Counted from the first letter of the stretch, positions 1 through 10,553 are shown. The stretch is 57,335 bases of DNA from Bacteroidota bacterium (GCA_019695345.1 JAIBAE010000021.1:1-57335), one strand, 5' to 3'. Translations and numbers: made by a program. The notes: generated by a model not told the origin, from the sequence alone.

Positions 1-302
1 TTGTCCCATAGTGATTGTTACGTTGTAATTGACATTCCTCCTAATTCTTTCACAAACTTCATGCTAAATCTACTGGGGCATAACTCCTGCGTTCAACGGG
101 GGGCATAAGTCAAAGGTTCGTGACACGTGTGCTTCGGCAGAGGCGGGGCAAGTAGATACTACTTCTAATCTGTCCATTTTTAAAGAAATTTTGGAATTTT
201 ATTTGAGACTGTTTGTGTACCCCCGTGTTATTGTTGTTGCCTACGTAAGAAGGTGTTATTTTCGTACACTATACTTCAAACAACTATTAACGGAGTTCAT
301 TC

Positions 303-2549
303 ATGAAGTTTTTACTTCTGTTTACATGTGCTTTTTGTATTGCTATTACGGCAAGTGCACAGAATAAAGAAACAACTTCCACAGGAAAGAAAGGTACGGC
401 TGTTATTCATGCACCATCGGACAACCCGCCATATAACGTAACTGTGCAGTTCCATGCGCCATCGGATAACCCGCCAACGGCTGCTGCTAAAAAAGGAAAC
501 GCAGTGCAAAGCCCAACGGCGCAAACCTTATATAGTCACGGTGACCCAACAGCTGAAGAACAGTTAATTTTAGAGTATGTTAATCAAGCCCGAGCAAATC
601 CCCAAGCAGAAGGCCCACGCTTGGCTAATACAACCGATACACGAGTACAAAGCGCGTATTCGTATTGGAAAATAGATAAGACCAAACTTATTCAGCAGTT
701 TAACTCATATCCACAGCGTCCACCGGTAGCTTTTAATGCCAAACTGATTACCTCTGCCCGTGCACATTGTACTGATATGCAAAAGAATGATTTTCAGGGA
801 CACACCGGCACCGATGGCAGCAACCCCGGGCAACGTATGCAAAAGGCAGGATATACTGCATTATCGGGTTGGGGTGAAAACGTTGCAGCGTATTCCGAAA
901 GTCCTTGGCATGCACACTGTGGTTTAAATGTAGATTGGGGCACACAAAATCAGATTGACTTAGGCCACCGCCATAACATTATGAACTTTGCCACCAGCGA
1001 CCAAGTGTGGAACGAAGTTGGTATTGGTGCACTACCAAGGTTGGGAAACACTCAGGTAGGTCCGTTAATTGTAACGCAGAATTTCTCCCGCACAGGCAAA
1101 CCAATTTTACTTGGTGTTGTGTATAAAGATAAAAACAACAATGGCTTTTACGATATTGGCGAAGGCGTTAGCGGCGTAACAATTACACCATCGCGCGGAA
1201 ATTATTATGCAGTTTCATCAACATCGGGTGGGTATGCAATCCCAATGGATGGCGTTACCGGCAGTGTTACCATTACTGCTTCCGGTAACGGTATTAACGA
1301 AGTTAAGCAAGCATCAATTTCCAGCGAAAATGTTAAGGTAGATTTTGGACAGGCAACAACGCCATCGGTTATTTTGTTAGACCCAACCGACCAAGGTTTC
1401 TTAATTACAACTACCGCAAAACTTACATGGATGAAAGTAAAAAGCGCAACCAAATACCATGTGCAGGTTTCGGAAGATGAAACATTTACAAAACTGGTAT
1501 TTAACGATTCTACATTAACGGATTCAGCACGGTCTGTAAATAATCTTAAAAATCTTTCAACTTACTACTGGCGTGCCCGTGCATTTACAACATTAGGTTG
1601 GGGAGAGTTCTCTCCGGCATTTATGTTTATGGTTTCTATTAAGCCAAACAGTCCTAAGTTACTGGCACCTGCCGATAAAGGTACATTAGCAGGCGTGCCT
1701 ATTACATTTATATGGAATAAAAGTATTCCCGATGCAGAAACGTACTCTGTGGAAGTAGCTAACGAACCAAAATTCTTCGATGGGTTGCTGTACACATTTG
1801 ATAATCTCATGGACACTACCTATACATTCTTTGATGAGAAGAACTACATTAAAGCAGGTACAACCTACTACTGGCGTGCTACTGCAACCAATAGTGCAGG
1901 GCAAAGTGAATACTCCGATGTATTCACATTCTCGGTAAAAACAGGTTCAAGCCAGTTTGCCTTACTTTCTCCACCAAATAAAGCAACGGTTGGTAATAAA
2001 CCGTATGTATTCCGTTGGAGTAGAAGTGCCGCTAATACCGACCACTATATTATCGAGATTGGTACTGATACATCATTCTTTGAAGGTCTTATCTATATCA
2101 ACGACAAAGTAAAAGATACAACATTTACGTTTACCGACCCCGAAGATTCCATTAAAAAAGGTGTTACCTATTATTGGCACGTGGCGCCTGTGTTTAAGGA
2201 CGATAGCCAAGGCGATTACACTCCGGCAAACTCCTTTAAACTTGGTACAACCGATGTCCCCGAAGAAGAATTGCCGGTTGCTATTAACGCTATCATGCCA
2301 CAGCCGGCACAGGCGTTAACAACTATCTTTTATACTACAAAACAATTCGGACCTACAACTATAACACTGCACGATATTCGCGGAGCTCGCGTAGCAACAT
2401 TATTAGATGCTCAGCTTGAACAGGGTATGCATACAGTTGCTATTGATTTTAACCAAGGCGACTTTGCAAAACTTGCCGCAGGCGAATACTTTGTTCGTAT
2501 TACAGCTGCCGGGAAATCAGTAATTCATACATTGATTATCCAACGGTAA
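303..2549 (+). CDS. Secreted CAP (SCP/PR-1-like) domain protein with fibronectin-III-like repeats and a T9SS C-terminal sorting domain
   Basis: ATG at 303 followed by a signal peptide (MKFLLLFTCAFCIAITASA). CAP-like motifs are present (GWGENVAAY, LGHRHNIMN). TYYWRA/TYYWH-containing repeats of about 95 aa look FN3-like. The C-terminal ~80 aa (ITLHDIRGARVATLL...FVRITAAGKSVIHTLIIQR) resemble a Por/T9SS C-terminal sorting domain. A rho-independent terminator follows. Confidence 0.75.
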   Translation: MKFLLLFTCAFCIAITASAQNKETTSTGKKGTAVIHAPSDNPPYNVTVQFHAPSDNPPTAAAKKGNAVQSPTAQTLYSHGDPTAEEQLILEYVNQARANPQAEGPRLANTTDTRVQSAYSYWKIDKTKLIQQFNSYPQRPPVAFNAKLITSARAHCTDMQKNDFQGHTGTDGSNPGQRMQKAGYTALSGWGENVAAYSESPWHAHCGLNVDWGTQNQIDLGHRHNIMNFATSDQVWNEVGIGALPRLGNTQVGPLIVTQNFSRTGKPILLGVVYKDKNNNGFYDIGEGVSGVTITPSRGNYYAVSSTSGGYAIPMDGVTGSVTITASGNGINEVKQASISSENVKVDFGQATTPSVILLDPTDQGFLITTTAKLTWMKVKSATKYHVQVSEDETFTKLVFNDSTLTDSARSVNNLKNLSTYYWRARAFTTLGWGEFSPAFMFMVSIKPNSPKLLAPADKGTLAGVPITFIWNKSIPDAETYSVEVANEPKFFDGLLYTFDNLMDTTYTFFDEKNYIKAGTTYYWRATATNSAGQSEYSDVFTFSVKTGSSQFALLSPPNKATVGNKPYVFRWSRSAANTDHYIIEIGTDTSFFEGLIYINDKVKDTTFTFTDPEDSIKKGVTYYWHVAPVFKDDSQGDYTPANSFKLGTTDVPEEELPVAINAIMPQPAQALTTIFYTTKQFGPTTITLHDIRGARVATLLDAQLEQGMHTVAIDFNQGDFAKLAAGEYFVRITAAGKSVIHTLIIQR

Positions 2550-2570
2550 ACAATATCCAATGCAACATCA

Positions 2571-2604
2571 AGCCGTTGTGGTTTTACTGCAACGGCTTTT
2601 TTTA
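2571..2604 (+). terminator. Rho-independent terminator
   Basis: Stem AGCCGTTG / CAACGGCT (8 bp) with an 11-nt loop, followed by TTTTTTT. Confidence 0.8.
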
Positions 2605-2615
2605 TTGTAGGTATA

Positions 2616-2791
2616 TGCTATCGCAATGGGCACCAAGCATTGTGTTTTGTAATAACCACAACTTTGCCCGGATACAACAGCAACTGTTCCAGCAGGTTTA
2701 TCGTGATACGATGTGTTTAGGTAGCGCGGTTCTTTCCCGCAGTATGTGGATGTGATGTTACAGATAGGATTGATGCGGCCAAGCGATAGCA
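2616..2791. mobile_element. MITE copy M1 (TGCTATCGC-TIR family), 176 bp
   Basis: Left end TGCTATCGCAATGGGCACC and right end GCGGCCAAGCGATAGCA are inverted. The internal TTCTTTCCCGCAG motif is shared with other copies. It is inserted between a terminator T-run and the stop of the minus-strand gene at 2796. Confidence 0.7.
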
Positions 2792-2795
2792 ACAA

Positions 2796-4268
2796 CTACG
2801 GAATTACAATGCCTTCTTTTTTTAATTGGTCGTGAAGCCACAGTATAGGCATGTAATCTGCCTTGTGCAAACCGGATGTTAGCGATGTTTGAATATGTTT
2901 TATGGTACTGTTAAAAAACTTTGCGCGCTTTTTTGGTTCGTTGGCTAAGATGCCTTGGTAAAAGGCGCGGTAAGCGTTTACTATTTCGTGTTCGTGTGGT
3001 TGCAGTATTTCCAGATTGCGCCTGCTGAACCGTTTGGCAAAGTTTACGATTTCGCGCAGAGCGTCTTCGGTATCTCCGCGCATGTGCGCTATAATGCTTA
3101 GTATAAACCACGCATAATGATATTCGTTTTCGGGTGCGCGGTTGATTTGTTGTGGTAGTGTTTTGGATGCCGATTTCCAGTCGTCTAAAAATATATGAGC
3201 AAATGCTTTTAACACCATAAACCGGAAGCCAACGCGGGCATCGTTTACAACACGTTCGTAGTGTTCTTCTATTACATGCAGTGCTGTGGGGTAGTCCCGT
3301 AGTTTCATAAGCGAACTACAGTAGTTAAACAACACCAGCATATCAATTGCCGGAAGGTTGAACTTCTTCATGAATTCAATGGCGGCAAGGTTTGCTTCGG
3401 CAGCAGCTTTGTGGTCCGAAGCAACATTCATAAGCAACGTACCGTATGTACTAAAAGCAATAATTTTTTCGCGGCGTAGGGTTATGTTGTCGTCGGGTAT
3501 TTGTAATACATAATCAACAGCTTTTTGGGCCGCTTCAAGCCGTCCCTCGCCACGATATTGTACGGCAATAGCTTTATGGCGGAAGTATTCAATCAGGGCG
3601 TTTGTTTGGGCGTGTATATCGGCATCTAAAATTCGTGGGGTGCGTTTGTAATCATACCCACTTGCTTCTACGGTGTGTTCGGCTGCAACACAATAGCTTT
3701 GCATGCGTTCTGCCTCGGAAACATAGAACAACCGAAGTACATCTGCTCGTTTTTGTATAAGTGCAATGGTATCCAACATCCGTTCGTGCGATATCGAACC
3801 ACGGTAGTTAACCGAGAGAAATTGCATTTCGATAATATCAAGTGCCGTAGTGTAATCGTATATATCTATTGCGTGTGTACATGCTTTCTCGGCAACGGCA
3901 TCAAACTCTTGCCATAATTTTTTAGCAAGCAACGTGCGTAGTAGGGCTATTTCGCGTTTTCCTTGGTTGCGTTTTAGCTCTTCGGTATAGGACTGCACCG
4001 TTAGTAAATCATATATCCTGTTTAGCAGTAAGCGGTATTCGTTGCGTAATAGGTAGTCTTCTTTATCGGTATATGGGCGGCTGTAACATTTGCTAAACAC
4101 ATCTTCTTTTTGTTCTTCCAGATGAATGCCCGCATTAACAGCCGTACACACAATATCCCACAATGTAATAAGTTCTTTTCTGGATTGTGTGCGTACATCG
4201 TCATCCACAAGCTCACGTTCGGATGGAGTAAGTGCAAGTACAACCTTTTCAATACGCAACAAAGCCAT
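2796..4268 (-). CDS. Hypothetical alpha-helical (TPR-like) protein, 490 aa
   Basis: The ORF track labels this ORF '+', but the translation MALLRI...EGIVIP matches the reverse complement. The complement of 4266-4268 is ATG and the complement of 2796-2798 is TAG; I verified the last 14 codons by hand. No domain recognised. Leu/Tyr-rich helical repeats are present. Confidence 0.6.
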   Translation of the reverse strand: MALLRIEKVVLALTPSERELVDDDVRTQSRKELITLWDIVCTAVNAGIHLEEQKEDVFSKCYSRPYTDKEDYLLRNEYRLLLNRIYDLLTVQSYTEELKRNQGKREIALLRTLLAKKLWQEFDAVAEKACTHAIDIYDYTTALDIIEMQFLSVNYRGSISHERMLDTIALIQKRADVLRLFYVSEAERMQSYCVAAEHTVEASGYDYKRTPRILDADIHAQTNALIEYFRHKAIAVQYRGEGRLEAAQKAVDYVLQIPDDNITLRREKIIAFSTYGTLLMNVASDHKAAAEANLAAIEFMKKFNLPAIDMLVLFNYCSSLMKLRDYPTALHVIEEHYERVVNDARVGFRFMVLKAFAHIFLDDWKSASKTLPQQINRAPENEYHYAWFILSIIAHMRGDTEDALREIVNFAKRFSRRNLEILQPHEHEIVNAYRAFYQGILANEPKKRAKFFNSTIKHIQTSLTSGLHKADYMPILWLHDQLKKEGIVIP

Positions 4269-4660
4269 AATACCGGTTCTACAGTTAAAGTACGGGGCGC
4301 GCCAAGTATGTAAATAAGCGTATCACAATTGGCACAAATGGAATTGGGTACGAAACTACTACAAGATAAGTTTGAATAAAAGTTTTCCTTTACAGTAACA
4401 AAATTGCAATGCGGGCTAAAAAGCAATCACCAAGGCGTAAAAAGGCAAATACAACTGCCCATAAAAAGAGTGCTTTGCCCAAACGTAATGTAGTTACTAT
4501 TGCACCTGCTGATGCCTACGATATGTTTCTGTTACAGTTCATTGCTTCCGAAACACCACATCCTGCCATTGCCGATACCACGCTTCCATACAACGATCTG
4601 TATGATGCCACACCATAATATCACAATCTGATTTTTTGGGATAGCGATGTACACCACTAC

Positions 4661-4866
4661 TGCCGAAGCACGCGATGTGCGCGGCAACCCTGTCCGCTCC
4701 GAACCTTTAACGGCGCAGGACAAATCACAAATGAACAAACACCAACCTGTATGGGTAAATAGATATTCGCCCACGATATAGGTTACTGCTGTCATTACGC
4801 GAAGCAGAAGGAACGGTTCGCACCGGGTTGGCGCGCTTAAGGATTGCTTCGGCAAGTGTGGGAAAC
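4661..4866. repeat. Dispersed intergenic repeat cluster (family B, two members in opposite orientation, plus GGCGAAT hairpin fragment)
   Basis: CTGCCGAAGCACGCG…GTCCGCTCCGAACCTTTAACGGCGC at 4661-4722 and CGGTTCGCACCGGGTTGGCGCGCTTAAGGATTGCTTCGGC at 4813-4866. Between them lies AAATAGATATTCGCCC, a fragment of the hairpin repeat. Confidence 0.6.
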
Positions 4867-4985
4867 AAAAATTGGCATTTGATAATAATTGGAATAATAT
4901 ATGCCTGTAGATTATCTTGGAAGAAATAAGTGGATTCGAGGTTCGTTTTGTAAATTGTAGGTACTATTTATTATAGAGTAACTCT

Positions 4986-5954
4986 ATGGAATATGTTTCG
5001 TCGCGGCTACAATACATTGAATTACGTAAGCATAGCGTACTTCAGATAGTGCTGTTCCTGTTTATTGCAGTAATGGCTTCGTATCTATTCTTCCATTTTG
5101 TTACTATTCCTGCATCGCAGTGGTTGTTTAAGGATTCCTTTAATGCTAAAGTTGAAACCGAAGGTGAAGACTTAAACCCATTTTTTAAATGGAAAGTAAG
5201 TGTAGAGCCACAAAAAAATAAAAAAGGAGAGGTTATCAGCGATGAACAACAGGATAAGGTTTATTATTTCGATCCGTTCTTAGCAGTATTCCCTATGATG
5301 ACTGCATTCGGATTAGCATGTGCAGCATTGGGTACTGCAGTACTACCACAACGTATTGGTTTTGTGCGCCAAAAAATTGAACGTGAGGTAATTAATACAT
5401 TACATAAGTGCGCACGAATAGAATACGGCGAGCATGGTGAAAAAGAGTTGGTTGAAATTTCCGACATGATTGTAAAAGCCGACCTTCATAAAATGCACGA
5501 GCTTGAAGAAACATGGAATATTCCGTTTCAGGATATTAATATTCTGAAAGCAGCAATAGAATGGCGCGAAAGCAGTGTTATAGGCAGAGTATTTAATGTT
5601 GGAGATGGTATCCGGTTGTACTTGCGAAATCACTTTACACTTCAGTACGAAAACCCTGTTTTAGGGTTAATTTACATTGGTGCGGCTATTCTGATTATTA
5701 TTATTGGGTTGCGCGGGCTGCAGTTTATTCCTAAAGATAAACCGTCGCTTGTATTGTTTGCAATCTCGTTGGAGTTTATCCTGCTTATTGTATATGCGAT
5801 TACTCTTATTTATACTCGCCATGAAGATACCGAAACAGAACCAACAAGCGATGTATCGGCTATGTTTATGGGCGATACCAGCGGCGATGCTACTGTTCAG
5901 GCACAGAAGTTACTGCGCATGTTTGTTGCATCGCGTAAATCATCACAGGAATAA
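4986..5954 (+). CDS. Hypothetical integral membrane protein (about 4 TM segments, central cytoplasmic domain)
   Basis: ORF of 322 aa. Hydrophobic segments at aa 18-40, 98-120, 226-243 and 255-277. It lies immediately upstream of, and on the same strand as, the P-loop NTPase gene. Confidence 0.55.
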   Translation: MEYVSSRLQYIELRKHSVLQIVLFLFIAVMASYLFFHFVTIPASQWLFKDSFNAKVETEGEDLNPFFKWKVSVEPQKNKKGEVISDEQQDKVYYFDPFLAVFPMMTAFGLACAALGTAVLPQRIGFVRQKIEREVINTLHKCARIEYGEHGEKELVEISDMIVKADLHKMHELEETWNIPFQDINILKAAIEWRESSVIGRVFNVGDGIRLYLRNHFTLQYENPVLGLIYIGAAILIIIIGLRGLQFIPKDKPSLVLFAISLEFILLIVYAITLIYTRHEDTETEPTSDVSAMFMGDTSGDATVQAQKLLRMFVASRKSSQE

Positions 5955-5981
5955 CTATTGTATTATAACCAAAGGTAAACA

Positions 5982-8069
5982 GTGTATTCAGCTCGTCCAC
6001 CATATTTAATAGCACGTGCTAAGCAAATGGATTTGCTTACCAAAAAGCGTACTGCTGCTACACAAAGTAAAGGCAGTTTTGTGTGTGTTATGGGTGAAAC
6101 CGGTTACGGTAAAACGGCTGTATTGGAAACATTTGAACAAGATGCGCAAAAAACTACCGGTACTTACGAAATGGTACGTGTAGAATGTACCCAACCTATC
6201 GGCACGATTAACATTGGTGCAATACAGCCAATGCAGCCGTTTGTAAAAGTGTTGGAAACATTAATGGAACGCAGTTCCATGCATGCAAAAAAGAAACTTG
6301 CCATGAATATCGGTCTTTCTATACTTGGGATGATTCCGATTGTTGGTGATGTGTTTGCGGCAACTAAAGAAGTTATGCGCGATTTACGCGAGTATAAAAG
6401 CGATAAGGTAAAGCAGGAATCGGGCGAGAAAAAAGGTGAGCAGGTGGTTCACGAATTTTATACAGCCATTACTTCTTATGCAGCGCAACATCCCCTTATA
6501 ATGATGATAGATGATGCTCAATGGATGGATGCGCAATCGGTTGAATTGTTGAATCGGTTTTTGGTGAACATCAGCCAGTTACCTGTGCTGATTGTACTTT
6601 CGTTTCAGCGGGCAACAACCGAAGCTCAAAATTCTGCGTTAGCTGCATGGTTACACGAGCATATCAAGCACGACGACATTACCTTTACCGACCTCTCGGC
6701 ATTTACCAACGCAGAAGTTGGTGAGTGTTGTACAATGTATCTGCCCAATTATAAAAAGAACGTACTGTTAGAGCAATGGCTGATAAACCGTACTGCCGGA
6801 ATCCCCTCTACAGTGTGCGAATACCTGAACTACTTCCAAAAACATCCGCCCTTTAAAAGCGATGGAACATTGGATGACGATTTCCTGAACTCGAACATCG
6901 TTCCTGCATCGCTACAAGCAATGTTTTCTAAAAACATTGAACAACTGAACGAAGAAGACCGCAACCTTCTGGGCTTATGCGCAGCAGAAGGAAGAGAGTT
7001 TACCGTGTTTGTAATTTCCAAACTTATGAACACCGATGTGCTTACGGCAGTGAAGCGTCTTAAATCACTTCAGGTACGAACAGGGATTATCCGTAGCTTA
7101 GGCCCGCATGCACGTTATGGCGTGCGCACTACTATTTACGAGTTTACTCAAGCGTTACATTACACGTACTTCCATTCTACATTAGAGTTTGAAGAGAAAA
7201 TAGAATTGCACGAACGTATAGCACGCATCCTGCAATTACAACACGACGAAATACAAAACGAAGAACTCCGTAAACAGATAGCGCCGTTTATTGCAGCGCA
7301 CTCCTTAGAAGCAGGCGACCAAACAACAGCACGCTCTATGTTGTTGGAAAGCGCACACGCCGCCGAAGAAGCAGGTAGTAAAGATGTATTAAAAGAAGCG
7401 TACGATTTGTTTGAAGGAATTGACGGTGATGTAACAAACGAAACAACGCGTAAAGAAGAAAAAGAATTCCGCGAGTTGTTGAATGAGTTGGATATTACAA
7501 CATCCGATGATGCAACAGTATCGGAGTTACGTCCGCCCGGAGTGCAAACACCACAAACAGATATGCCAGATGTTGGTGTAGTTCGCGATGACATCTTTGA
7601 ATTCTTTTTCCGTGGCGAGTACGAACAAGCGGCATTGCGCGCACAAGATTTTCTCGAATCCAACGGACACCTTATTCTTCCGGGTGATAGAATACTCCTA
7701 ATGGCAATGGCAGCACGCGCACACACCGAAAACGGACGTTACACACACGCCCAAGAATTGTGCAACAACGCAAGCCAACTTCTAACCGAGCACAACGACA
7801 CTTATTCCAAGGCATACTTACTTAACGCGCTTGGCGTGTTAGCCCACAAGGAAGGTCACAGTAATCAGGCATGGGCGTATCTGCAACAAGCTGCCCAGTT
7901 AAGTATGGAACTCACCGACGAAGTTAAGTTGCTTACCGTAAGTAATGTAGCATTGCTACTGCGTGAAATTAATCCGCGCCAGGCACGTGCGTTTGAGCGG
8001 GTTGCAAAGCAGTTATCACAGTCCATGCACTTCACCGATTTCTACCACGATGTATTTGCAGTGCATTAA
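5982..8069 (+). CDS. P-loop NTPase (AAA_16/STAND-like) with C-terminal TPR-like helical repeats
   Basis: Walker A GETGYGKT and Walker B-like LIMMIDDAQWMD are present. About 350 aa of helical repeats follow. The track start is GTG at 5982; an in-frame ATG at 6027 (MDLLTKK) is a likely alternative start. Confidence 0.7.
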   Translation: MYSARPPYLIARAKQMDLLTKKRTAATQSKGSFVCVMGETGYGKTAVLETFEQDAQKTTGTYEMVRVECTQPIGTINIGAIQPMQPFVKVLETLMERSSMHAKKKLAMNIGLSILGMIPIVGDVFAATKEVMRDLREYKSDKVKQESGEKKGEQVVHEFYTAITSYAAQHPLIMMIDDAQWMDAQSVELLNRFLVNISQLPVLIVLSFQRATTEAQNSALAAWLHEHIKHDDITFTDLSAFTNAEVGECCTMYLPNYKKNVLLEQWLINRTAGIPSTVCEYLNYFQKHPPFKSDGTLDDDFLNSNIVPASLQAMFSKNIEQLNEEDRNLLGLCAAEGREFTVFVISKLMNTDVLTAVKRLKSLQVRTGIIRSLGPHARYGVRTTIYEFTQALHYTYFHSTLEFEEKIELHERIARILQLQHDEIQNEELRKQIAPFIAAHSLEAGDQTTARSMLLESAHAAEEAGSKDVLKEAYDLFEGIDGDVTNETTRKEEKEFRELLNELDITTSDDATVSELRPPGVQTPQTDMPDVGVVRDDIFEFFFRGEYEQAALRAQDFLESNGHLILPGDRILLMAMAARAHTENGRYTHAQELCNNASQLLTEHNDTYSKAYLLNALGVLAHKEGHSNQAWAYLQQAAQLSMELTDEVKLLTVSNVALLLREINPRQARAFERVAKQLSQSMHFTDFYHDVFAVH

Positions 8070-8079
8070 TATCTTCTTT

Positions 8080-8216
8080 TGCTATCGCGTGACGGCACCG
8101 CATGTTGGTTTATGAATCCCGTCATAATGCCGGAGAGTCTCGCCGTTGTAGGTTCTTTCCCGCAAGCTGACAAAGTGTATTTGCTACACGCGTCTCGGTG
8201 CGGTCCGGCGATAGCA
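8080..8216. mobile_element. MITE copy M2, 137 bp
   Basis: TIRs TGCTATCGCGTGACGGCACCG / CGGTGCGGTCCGGCGATAGCA. It starts 11 bp after the stop of the NTPase gene. Confidence 0.75.
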
Positions 8217-8221
8217 AAATA

Positions 8222-9271
8222 TTAATATGCAAACCCGGTTCGTAACCGCATTGATTGCTGATAGCGATTGGTTATAGTTGTTTTAACGGGGTCTATGGTA
8301 ACAATCTCCGATGTTGCATTGCTGTTGTTCAGGAATACTAACTCATTGCGGCGTGTGTTGTACATACCAACATCAAATGTACCGATTGCCGATGCACGGA
8401 AGTATTCGCGTTGGCGTATGTTAACAACAGCAATCTCGCTACCTAACGGAATATATGCAAAGCCATTTGGGGTAACTGTAAGGTTCCGCGGGAATACATC
8501 CTGATTTTCTATTCCGGTCTCCAATATCTCTGCTTCGCCTACAATGCTGCCGTTACCTGCTACCTCGTAAAATTGTGCATACGCCGATGTGCGTTGGTCT
8601 GCGCCACCTGTTTTCCCGTTGCCTAAGCATACAATTACAAAACCTTTTTCGTCGGTGTTTGTTTGTATAAAGGTTGGGTATGGTTTGGTTGGTAGTGTTT
8701 GTGTAACCGTGTTGGCAAATACATCGTTGGTGCGGATTATACTGATAGTGTTACTACCTTGGTTACATACACAAATGTAGTTCTCGTATGCGGCAATTGC
8801 AACGGGGTTCTTGCCTACTGTAATATCGCGCGAAGCATCTAACATTTTGTTGATAGTTAGGTCTATGATGCTAACAGTAGAATCGCCATTTGCCGTATAT
8901 GCCGACGTTCCATTTGGGAAGCATATATCAAGTACCGAGTGTGGTGCTGTGTTTATGGATGCTACACTTTTATATGTTTTGCTGTTTATTACTTCAATGC
9001 GTTGTGCCGATGGAAGCAACAGATATAAGTTCTCGCGGAATTCAACAATCTTACGGATGGTATCGGTAAGCGCAATACCATTGGCATTCTTAAAAGCATC
9101 TTGTGCATCAACAGAATTGTTGGGTAAACGCACAACGGTAAGCTGACTTGGTGTTGCAGAATTAGCTGCTATATACCGCCACGAAGCATCGGTAAGATTA
9201 ATGTTTTGTTCTTCGGGTTGGCAACTCCACCCAAATACTGCTAGTGCTATGCAAACTACAAGGCGTTTCAT
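8222..9271 (-). CDS. Secreted/lipoprotein beta-propeller protein (YVTN-like repeats)
   Basis: I moved the start to the internal Met (MKRLVVCIALAVFGWSC) at 9271, which gives a signal/lipoprotein-like N-terminus. A repeated 'ICVCNQGSNTISII' type motif resembles YVTN beta-propeller repeats. Confidence 0.6.
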   Translation of the reverse strand: MKRLVVCIALAVFGWSCQPEEQNINLTDASWRYIAANSATPSQLTVVRLPNNSVDAQDAFKNANGIALTDTIRKIVEFRENLYLLLPSAQRIEVINSKTYKSVASINTAPHSVLDICFPNGTSAYTANGDSTVSIIDLTINKMLDASRDITVGKNPVAIAAYENYICVCNQGSNTISIIRTNDVFANTVTQTLPTKPYPTFIQTNTDEKGFVIVCLGNGKTGGADQRTSAYAQFYEVAGNGSIVGEAEILETGIENQDVFPRNLTVTPNGFAYIPLGSEIAVVNIRQREYFRASAIGTFDVGMYNTRRNELVFLNNSNATSEIVTIDPVKTTITNRYQQSMRLRTGFAY

Positions 9272-9317
9272 ATTCCTTCTCCTACTCTGTATATCCATAG
9301 TTAATGTATTGTATCAA

Positions 9318-10142
9318 TTACATCCGTGAAAGTACTTCTTTTACCAATGCCGTCATGCGTGGTTGTGCAATGTGTGCCGCTTCCAGAATCTCCGGTAACG
9401 AAACGGGTTGCAACGAGTCCGGGAAACACTCATCGGTAATTACCGAGATTCCCAATGCTTTCATGCCGGCGTGAACAGCAACAATAACCTCGGGAATAGT
9501 ACTCATGCCTACTACATCTGCACCAATGTTCCGCAGGAAGCGATACTCGGCGCGTGTTTCTAAGTTTGGGCCGGCAACGGCAACATAAACACCCTTTTGT
9601 ACTTTCAGTTTCAAATCGAGCGCGCATTGCTCTGCAAGTGCAATCAACTGGTTAGAATACGGCTCGCTCATATCGGGAAACCGCGGACCAAGAGTATCAT
9701 CGTTAGGACCAATTAACGGATTATCGCCAATAAGATTGATATGGTCGGTAATTAACATAATATCGGCGCGTTTAAACAACGGGTTCATTGCCCCGCACGC
9801 GTTCGATACAATTACGGTTTCCACGCCAAGGGCTTTCATTATGCGCACGCCATGTGTAATCTGCTTCATGGTGTAGCCCTCGTAATAATGGAAACGTCCT
9901 TGCATAACAACAACGTTTTTGCCGCCTAATGTTCCAAACAACAATCGCCCTGCATGAGTCTCCACGGTAGAGTGCGGCATGTTGGGAATATCGGTGTACG
10001 AAATACTCGTCTGCACATCTACTTCGGTAGCCAAATGTCCCAGCCCCGTACCCAGAATAATCCCAACCGTAGGTTGTGCGTTAGTAAGTGCCCTGATAGC
10101 CGCTACCGACTCTTGTATCTTTTGTGCTAACTCCGAAACCAT
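9318..10142 (-). CDS. punA: Purine nucleoside phosphorylase (PNP/MTAP family I, trimeric type)
   Basis: Strong similarity by eye to human/bacterial PNP. Matching motifs: GRFHYYEGY, VSNACGAMNP, DHINLIG, GPRFPDMS, VAGPNLETRAE, GADVVGMSTIPEV. Confidence 0.85.
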   Translation of the reverse strand: MVSELAQKIQESVAAIRALTNAQPTVGIILGTGLGHLATEVDVQTSISYTDIPNMPHSTVETHAGRLLFGTLGGKNVVVMQGRFHYYEGYTMKQITHGVRIMKALGVETVIVSNACGAMNPLFKRADIMLITDHINLIGDNPLIGPNDDTLGPRFPDMSEPYSNQLIALAEQCALDLKLKVQKGVYVAVAGPNLETRAEYRFLRNIGADVVGMSTIPEVIVAVHAGMKALGISVITDECFPDSLQPVSLPEILEAAHIAQPRMTALVKEVLSRM

Positions 10143-10233
10143 GCGTTACTCTTAATTCAAAAAAATATTACCTATGCAAATTGGGAAATTGCCCGAACAC
10201 AATCAAATACAATAATCAAACATAATAATATGT

Positions 10234-10400
10234 TGCTATCGCAAACCGCACCGAACGTCCTTAACAAACAACCGTTGTTGTGCGGGAGAGAATGGTTTGT
10301 TCAATCTCATACGATTAGCGTTTAGGTGTGGATAGGCATTATATCCCGCCGGAAAAGGTTACTGCTATAAGTTGCCGCTTGGTGCGGTCGGGCGATAGCA
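10234..10400. mobile_element. MITE copy M3, 167 bp
   Basis: TIRs TGCTATCGCAAACCGCACCG / TGGTGCGGTCGGGCGATAGCA. Confidence 0.75.
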
Positions 10401-10553
10401 AACAAATTTTGATAACCGATTTTTGTAACTATTGATTTTATCGCTCCGTATAACCGCACGGTTACAGCGTTTGTGTATATTGCACATAGTAAACAAACAG
10501 AATATCCACACGCTATATACAATAGTTTGTATCACTTTTGAAAGGGTTCCTGT

